Shown here: piece by piece, positions 56,001-64,000 of the stretch | Layout of the letters: the number at the start of each line of letters is the position of its first letter | How positions within the stretch are numbered: the stretch's first letter is position 1 | Source: Blastocladiella emersonii ATCC 22665 | Lineage: Eukaryota; Fungi; Blastocladiomycota | Assembly: GCA_025594325.1 (NCBI GenBank) | Contig: JANHCV010000006.1 | Coordinates: 1,957,496 to 2,021,495 of the forward strand | Length of the DNA stretch: 64,000 nucleotides | Reading direction: 5' to 3' | Position numbers and translations under genes: made by a program | Notes under the pieces: generated by a model | Seen by the model: the letters and a program-made list of their open reading frames with translations, nothing else | Database searches by the model: none | What the model was told of the DNA's origin: nothing

Positions 56001-59000
56001 TGTGATAACAGCAAGGAAACCAAAGTAGCAAGGGTGGCGGCGATGGTGCGCCGCGGCAGCAGGTGCGTTCCGCGTCGGAGAGCGAGCCGCCGCTGCCCCA
56101 CCGCCCAGAACAGGCGCGGCCGCTCTGGGATTCGGGATGGGATCGAGAGCAGAGCGGAGGGAGCGCGACGCGAGGTCAACAACGACGACAAGCCGGACGA
56201 ACACCATCAAGTCACCCAACCCACCGTGTTGCTTGCTCGTGGGCCGGGTCGGCCTACGCCCGCCGCCGCACCGACCACTCGCCCGTCCAGTTTGAGCACC
56301 ATCTCGAGTTTGGCGGCAGGTCCGAGTACCTTGCTCGCTGCGCAGCGAGATCCCACAGCGAGGCAGCGAGCGAAGGCGGCTCTCACGGAGGCCAGGAGCA
56401 GCGGCGCGAGCAGCGCAGGTGGGGCGGGTGGGACCTGCGCGGGCGCGCGGAAACCAGACGACAAGCACACGCGCGCGAGCGAGCGAGCGAGCGAGCGAGA
56501 AGGGAGGCGAGTCCATTCGAGACACGACGAGAGAGCGCCGCGCCGCGCCGCGCCGGTCAAAGGTTGAGGGTGGGGGTGGGTGCTGGCGGCGGGGGCCGCC
56601 AGCACACGATTTTTCGATCATACCCTTCACTTGAGGGCAGCAGTAGCAGCGTAGGGGCGCAATGCAGCAAGACGGATCACCCAAAACCCTCAAACGCAGC
56701 TGCCGCCGCTGGATCAAGTCTAGACGGGAGGAGTCGAGTTGCCTCCGTGGCGAGAAGGGCGGCGGTCCGAGTCTGCGTTCCAGACGCCAGGATCGCATCC
56801 ATTCGAGGCACAGATGCATGTTGCAGCGGGTCATATATTCCATGAGATGTCATTGCGGGTTTGGTGAAGTCTCGACTTTGGGGATGAGTGAGCGGTCGCG
56901 ATCGCCGCGCGAGCAAGCGAAAAAAGCTCGGGCATCAGGTGACAATTGCCTGACCGCTGCGAGACGCGTTTCGAGACGCGCTTTTGGCGCTCTGCCTCGG
57001 GAGACGGGCAGACGACGCACAACTGCCTCCCAACACCACACGCTTGATTGAGCCCATGCCGCGTCGCGCGGTGGGTGCATCACGTTCACATCGCAGAGTA
57101 CGCACACGCGCGGGGGCCCAGAAGGCACTTGGGCAAAGTTGTTTTATGTATCGTCGGGGAGTAGTGAGCCAAAGCAGTCAGGTCTCTCTAGTTCCGGGCT
57201 GGCGAGCAGGGTTCGAGTCCCTGTCGCATCTCGTCCAGTCCGCGTCATAGTATTGTAAAGGAGCCAGAGTTGCTCTGGCTGCGATGGTTCGCTACTCCAG
57301 TGGAGCAGTTGAGGCTTGGGCCGCGTACGGTGCATGTCCTGCGGCAGACACACACGTATCATGATTGGGCGCCTAGCGTAAGATCCCGTGGCCAGGTGGT
57401 CATCTTAGACTCAACCCGCAATCGTGGCGAATCCACGGGATAGAGGTGGAACAGATCCGGCTCAGTGGCAGTGAGCACGGTGAACACAGCAGCTCCCAGC
57501 CCCAAGCGGCTGCTCCCTCCCTTTTGCACCATACAAGAAAGTTGCGTTTACCTAAAGTACATGAAGGCGTGCACCGTACCTGCGTTTTGAGCCACTGTTA
57601 CGCCGGATCAGATCAAGAACAGTGGGTCGTCGCTGTTTGCTGAACCTTCCTGAAGCTAGCTCAAGCCGTGTCCAGCGGGCGTATCTCAGAAATTTCACGT
57701 AGAACGTGTGCATGTCATGGCTAGCAAAGTTGCTTAGCTTGCGTACGGCTCTAGTTTGCCGCACCTCAAACGCTGCACAACCCAAGTGTGGCGGCTCCAA
57801 GGTGACTCTGACCAAGGACCAAACTTGAACGCTGCTGCAGCCGTATTACACACGTGCTTCTTGCCAATTGCCTGACGCTAGGTTGTAGATCTTTCAAAGA
57901 TCTATCAAAGAGTATAACGAAGGTTGGGGGTGACTTGAGTCACATAAGGGAGCAATGGGCAGCAAACGTGTCTCGCGCTTGAGTCGACCGCACAAGGGCG
58001 AAACGATCAGATTGGACGTGGACACCTTCAGAAACCTTTGAGTAGACTATTCCATCTGCAGAATGCCGCTGAGAACGCGCGCATAAGTCAAAGGGTGATT
58101 CCAAACGGGCGTTGTCAACCTCATCGAGTTGTGTCCAAACCGACCCCACGAGGCCAAGAAGACCAGATTGAGCATGCTCACCTTGACCAACTATGTTCGT
58201 TCAGCTATCAGCTGCAGATTGCTGTCGAGAACACGCGCCTAGGTCAAAGGGTGATTCCAAACGGGCGTTGACGCGCAAAGTCCCTCGCCGCAACCCTCTT
58301 GCTGCGGCGAGGTCGCGCGCAACTCCACCTTGCCTGCCAACACGTCAAAGCTCAATCACCACCGTTGATCCGTCCAGCAGGCGGCGTTATGGAGTCTGTA
58401 GCAAAGAGTAACGTGCACGCAAGCAGCACCTTTGAGCAGCGCTGTAGAGGGGAAGTAAGCAAACTTTGAGCGCTCAATGCTGCCCACGAGATGGAGCGCA
58501 ATCTTTCCCAGCTGTGTCTCATTGCACGCAAGGTGAGCAGCAGTGGCTCGTCAAGCAGGCAAGGAACAGGACAGAGTAGGGAAGGCGTGAGGGAGCCGAT
58601 CTGAAGCTAAGCGTGTTCCGGAGCACCCTGCTGAGTCGAACGCGTGCTCAGCACGGCGCGCGTGCAGGCAGGCAGCCGCAGTAGCAAGTAGCGACAGGCG
58701 GGGGCTGCTGCTTCCACATGCAAGCGTGAGACCTGCGCGCGCGCGTGTGATAACAGCAAGGAAACCAAAGTAGCAAGGGTGGCGGCGATGGTGCGCCGCG
58801 GCAGCAGGTGCGTTCCGCGTCGGAGAGCGAGCCGCCGCTGCCCCACCGCCCAGAACAGGCGCGGCCGCTCTGGGATTCGGGATGGGATCGAGAGCAGAGC
58901 GGAGGGAGCGCGACGCGAGGTCAACAACGACGACAAGCCGGACGAACACCATCAAGTCACCCAACCCACCGTGTTGCTTGCTCGTGGGCCGGGTCGGCCT

Positions 59001-62000
59001 ACGCCCGCCGCCGCACCGACCACTCGCCCGTCCAGTTTGAGCACCATCTCGAGTTTGGCGGCAGGTCCGAGTACCTTGCTCGCTGCGCAGCGAGATCCCA
59101 CAGCGAGGCAGCGAGCGAAGGCGGCTCTCACGGAGGCCAGGAGCAGCGGCGCGAGCAGCGCAGGTGGGGCGGGTGGGACCTGCGCGGGCGCGCGGAAACC
59201 AGACGACAAGCACACGCGCGCGAGCGAGCGAGCGAGCGAGCGAGAAGGGAGGCGAGTCCATTCGAGACACGACGAGAGAGCGCCGCGCCGCGCCGCGCCG
59301 GTCAAAGGTTGAGGGTGGGGGTGGGTGCTGGCGGCGGGGGCCGCCAGCACACGATTTTTCGATCATACCCTTCACTTGAGGGCAGCAGTAGCAGCGTAGG
59401 GGCGCAATGCAGCAAGACGGATCACCCAAAACCCTCAAACGCAGCTGCCGCCGCTGGATCAAGTCTAGACGGGAGGAGTCGAGTTGCCTCCGTGGCGAGA
59501 AGGGCGGCGGTCCGAGTCTGCGTTCCAGACGCCAGGATCGCATCCATTCGAGGCACAGATGCATGTTGCAGCGGGTCATATATTCCATGAGATGTCATTG
59601 CGGGTTTGGTGAAGTCTCGACTTTGGGGATGAGTGAGCGGTCGCGATCGCCGCGCGAGCAAGCGAAAAAAGCTCGGGCATCAGGTGACAATTGCCTGACC
59701 GCTGCGAGACGCGTTTCGAGACGCGCTTTTGGCGCTCTGCCTCGGGAGACGGGCAGACGACGCACAACTGCCTCCCAACACCACACGCTTGATTGAGCCC
59801 ATGCCGCGTCGCGCGGTGGGTGCATCACGTTCACATCGCAGAGTACGCACACGCGCGGGGGCCCAGAAGGCACTTGGGCAAAGTTGTTTTATGTATCGTC
59901 GGGGAGTAGTGAGCCAAAGCAGTCAGGTCTCTCTAGTTCCGGGCTGGCGAGCAGGGTTCGAGTCCCTGTCGCATCTCGTCCAGTCCGCGTCATAGTATTG
60001 TAAAGGAGCCAGAGTTGCTCTGGCTGCGATGGTTCGCTACTCCAGTGGAGCAGTTGAGGCTTGGGCCGCGTACGGTGCATGTCCTGCGGCAGACACACAC
60101 GTATCATGATTGGGCGCCTAGCGTAAGATCCCGTGGCCAGGTGGTCATCTTAGACTCAACCCGCAATCGTGGCGAATCCACGGGATAGAGGTGGAACAGA
60201 TCCGGCTCAGTGGCAGTGAGCACGGTGAACACAGCAGCTCCCAGCCCCAAGCGGCTGCTCCCTCCCTTTTGCACCATACAAGAAAGTTGCGTTTACCTAA
60301 AGTACATGAAGGCGTGCACCGTACCTGCGTTTTGAGCCACTGTTACGCCGGATCAGATCAAGAACAGTGGGTCGTCGCTGTTTGCTGAACCTTCCTGAAG
60401 CTAGCTCAAGCCGTGTCCAGCGGGCGTATCTCAGAAATTTCACGTAGAACGTGTGCATGTCATGGCTAGCAAAGTTGCTTAGCTTGCGTACGGCTCTAGT
60501 TTGCCGCACCTCAAACGCTGCACAACCCAAGTGTGGCGGCTCCAAGGTGACTCTGACCAAGGACCAAACTTGAACGCTGCTGCAGCCGTATTACACACGT
60601 GCTTCTTGCCAATTGCCTGACGCTAGGTTGTAGATCTTTCAAAGATCTATCAAAGAGTATAACGAAGGTTGGGGGTGACTTGAGTCACATAAGGGAGCAA
60701 TGGGCAGCAAACGTGTCTCGCGCTTGAGTCGACCGCACAAGGGCGAAACGATCAGATTGGACGTGGACACCTTCAGAAACCTTTGAGTAGACTATTCCAT
60801 CTGCAGAATGCCGCTGAGAACGCGCGCATAAGTCAAAGGGTGATTCCAAACGGGCGTTGTCAACCTCATCGAGTTGTGTCCAAACCGACCCCACGAGGCC
60901 AAGAAGACCAGATTGAGCATGCTCACCTTGACCAACTATGTTCGTTCAGCTATCAGCTGCAGATTGCTGTCGAGAACACGCGCCTAGGTCAAAGGGTGAT
61001 TCCAAACGGGCGTTGACGCGCAAAGTCCCTCGCCGCAACCCTCTTGCTGCGGCGAGGTCGCGCGCAACTCCACCTTGCCTGCCAACACGTCAAAGCTCAA
61101 TCACCACCGTTGATCCGTCCAGCAGGCGGCGTTATGGAGTCTGTAGCAAAGAGTAACGTGCACGCAAGCAGCACCTTTGAGCAGCGCTGTAGAGGGGAAG
61201 TAAGCAAACTTTGAGCGCTCAATGCTGCCCACGAGATGGAGCGCAATCTTTCCCAGCTGTGTCTCATTGCACGCAAGGTGAGCAGCAGTGGCTCGTCAAG
61301 CAGGCAAGGAACAGGACAGAGTAGGGAAGGCGTGAGGGAGCCGATCTGAAGCTAAGCGTGTTCCGGAGCACCCTGCTGAGTCGAACGCGTGCTCAGCACG
61401 GCGCGCGTGCAGGCAGGCAGCCGCAGTAGCAAGTAGCGACAGGCGGGGGCTGCTGCTTCCACATGCAAGCGTGAGACCTGCGCGCGCGCGTGTGATAACA
61501 GCAAGGAAACCAAAGTAGCAAGGGTGGCGGCGATGGTGCGCCGCGGCAGCAGGTGCGTTCCGCGTCGGAGAGCGAGCCGCCGCTGCCCCACCGCCCAGAA
61601 CAGGCGCGGCCGCTCTGGGATTCGGGATGGGATCGAGAGCAGAGCGGAGGGAGCGCGACGCGAGGTCAACAACGACGACAAGCCGGACGAACACCATCAA
61701 GTCACCCAACCCACCGTGTTGCTTGCTCGTGGGCCGGGTCGGCCTACGCCCGCCGCCGCACCGACCACTCGCCCGTCCAGTTTGAGCACCATCTCGAGTT
61801 TGGCGGCAGGTCCGAGTACCTTGCTCGCTGCGCAGCGAGATCCCACAGCGAGGCAGCGAGCGAAGGCGGCTCTCACGGAGGCCAGGAGCAGCGGCGCGAG
61901 CAGCGCAGGTGGGGCGGGTGGGACCTGCGCGGGCGCGCGGAAACCAGACGACAAGCACACGCGCGCGAGCGAGCGAGCGAGCGAGCGAGAAGGGAGGCGA

Positions 62001-64000
62001 GTCCATTCGAGACACGACGAGAGAGCGCCGCGCCGCGCCGCGCCGGTCAAAGGTTGAGGGTGGGGGTGGGTGCTGGCGGCGGGGGCCGCCAGCACACGAT
62101 TTTTCGATCATACCCTTCACTTGAGGGCAGCAGTAGCAGCGTAGGGGCGCAATGCAGCAAGACGGATCACCCAAAACCCTCAAACGCAGCTGCCGCCGCT
62201 GGATCAAGTCTAGACGGGAGGAGTCGAGTTGCCTCCGTGGCGAGAAGGGCGGCGGTCCGAGTCTGCGTTCCAGACGCCAGGATCGCATCCATTCGAGGCA
62301 CAGATGCATGTTGCAGCGGGTCATATATTCCATGAGATGTCATTGCGGGTTTGGTGAAGTCTCGACTTTGGGGATGAGTGAGCGGTCGCGATCGCCGCGC
62401 GAGCAAGCGAAAAAAGCTCGGGCATCAGGTGACAATTGCCTGACCGCTGCGAGACGCGTTTCGAGACGCGCTTTTGGCGCTCTGCCTCGGGAGACGGGCA
62501 GACGACGCACAACTGCCTCCCAACACCACACGCTTGATTGAGCCCATGCCGCGTCGCGCGGTGGGTGCATCACGTTCACATCGCAGAGTACGCACACGCG
62601 CGGGGGCCCAGAAGGCACTTGGGCAAAGTTGTTTTATGTATCGTCGGGGAGTAGTGAGCCAAAGCAGTCAGGTCTCTCTAGTTCCGGGCTGGCGAGCAGG
62701 GTTCGAGTCCCTGTCGCATCTCGTCCAGTCCGCGTCATAGTATTGTAAAGGAGCCAGAGTTGCTCTGGCTGCGATGGTTCGCTACTCCAGTGGAGCAGTT
62801 GAGGCTTGGGCCGCGTACGGTGCATGTCCTGCGGCAGACACACACGTATCATGATTGGGCGCCTAGCGTAAGATCCCGTGGCCAGGTGGTCATCTTAGAC
62901 TCAACCCGCAATCGTGGCGAATCCACGGGATAGAGGTGGAACAGATCCGGCTCAGTGGCAGTGAGCACGGTGAACACAGCAGCTCCCAGCCCCAAGCGGC
63001 TGCTCCCTCCCTTTTGCACCATACAAGAAAGTTGCGTTTACCTAAAGTACATGAAGGCGTGCACCGTACCTGCGTTTTGAGCCACTGTTACGCCGGATCA
63101 GATCAAGAACAGTGGGTCGTCGCTGTTTGCTGAACCTTCCTGAAGCTAGCTCAAGCCGTGTCCAGCGGGCGTATCTCAGAAATTTCACGTAGAACGTGTG
63201 CATGTCATGGCTAGCAAAGTTGCTTAGCTTGCGTACGGCTCTAGTTTGCCGCACCTCAAACGCTGCACAACCCAAGTGTGGCGGCTCCAAGGTGACTCTG
63301 ACCAAGGACCAAACTTGAACGCTGCTGCAGCCGTATTACACACGTGCTTCTTGCCAATTGCCTGACGCTAGGTTGTAGATCTTTCAAAGATCTATCAAAG
63401 AGTATAACGAAGGTTGGGGGTGACTTGAGTCACATAAGGGAGCAATGGGCAGCAAACGTGTCTCGCGCTTGAGTCGACCGCACAAGGGCGAAACGATCAG
63501 ATTGGACGTGGACACCTTCAGAAACCTTTGAGTAGACTATTCCATCTGCAGAATGCCGCTGAGAACGCGCGCATAAGTCAAAGGGTGATTCCAAACGGGC
63601 GTTGTCAACCTCATCGAGTTGTGTCCAAACCGACCCCACGAGGCCAAGAAGACCAGATTGAGCATGCTCACCTTGACCAACTATGTTCGTTCAGCTATCA
63701 GCTGCAGATTGCTGTCGAGAACACGCGCCTAGGTCAAAGGGTGATTCCAAACGGGCGTTGACGCGCAAAGTCCCTCGCCGCAACCCTCTTGCTGCGGCGA
63801 GGTCGCGCGCAACTCCACCTTGCCTGCCAACACGTCAAAGCTCAATCACCACCGTTGATCCGTCCAGCAGGCGGCGTTATGGAGTCTGTAGCAAAGAGTA
63901 ACGTGCACGCAAGCAGCACCTTTGAGCAGCGCTGTAGAGGGGAAGTAAGCAAACTTTGAGCGCTCAATGCTGCCCACGAGATGGAGCGCAATCTTTCCCA

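Larger units (their letters stand above)
47720..64000. repeat. Head-to-tail tandem array of a 2,745-bp unit (about 5.9 copies, continues past the window)
   Basis: Units start at 47720, 50465, 53210, 55955, 58700 and 61445. Identical ORF sets recur every 2,745 bp (e.g. 50316, 53061, 55806, 58551, 61296). One SNP was seen among copies. Confidence 0.99.

Noticed and set aside
47688-63901. ORFs in the array unit (345 aa minus, 260 aa plus, and many short ones)
   Set aside because: No domain motifs, no host-like codon bias, and both strands are open only in the GC-rich microsatellite part. Identity across copies reflects DNA duplication, not selection.

Overview
GC-rich eukaryotic DNA from a compact genome with short GT-AG introns (donors mostly GTACGN/GTGCGN/GTCCGT). 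Gene content suggests an early-diverging, probably zoosporic fungus (Blastocladiomycota-like; an inference, not a database result). Positions 1-45.9 kb are gene-dense and hold about 16 genes: Hst3/4-type sirtuin (truncated by the window edge), p22phox/NoxD-like protein, SEM1/DSS1, C2CD5-like protein, ABCC transporter, COQ1, a C2HC zinc-finger protein, a secreted Thr/Pro/Cys-repeat protein, PCT1, TPS2, MOT1, a DUF707 protein, an RDD-domain protein, PFK-2/FBPase-2, an orphan, and a class I cyclic-nucleotide PDE with apparent frame breaks. An inverted ~0.5-kb fragment of the ABCC gene lies 10 kb from the gene. From 47,720 to the window end there is a head-to-tail array of a 2,745-bp unit (5 full copies plus 1 partial, near-identical). 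The unit has no credible ORF but carries a tRNA-like T-arm/B-box, several perfect hairpins and a dense TCAAAG motif cluster. Most long ORFs in the supplied track are GC-driven shadow ORFs. All homology calls are from motif recognition by eye; no searches were run.
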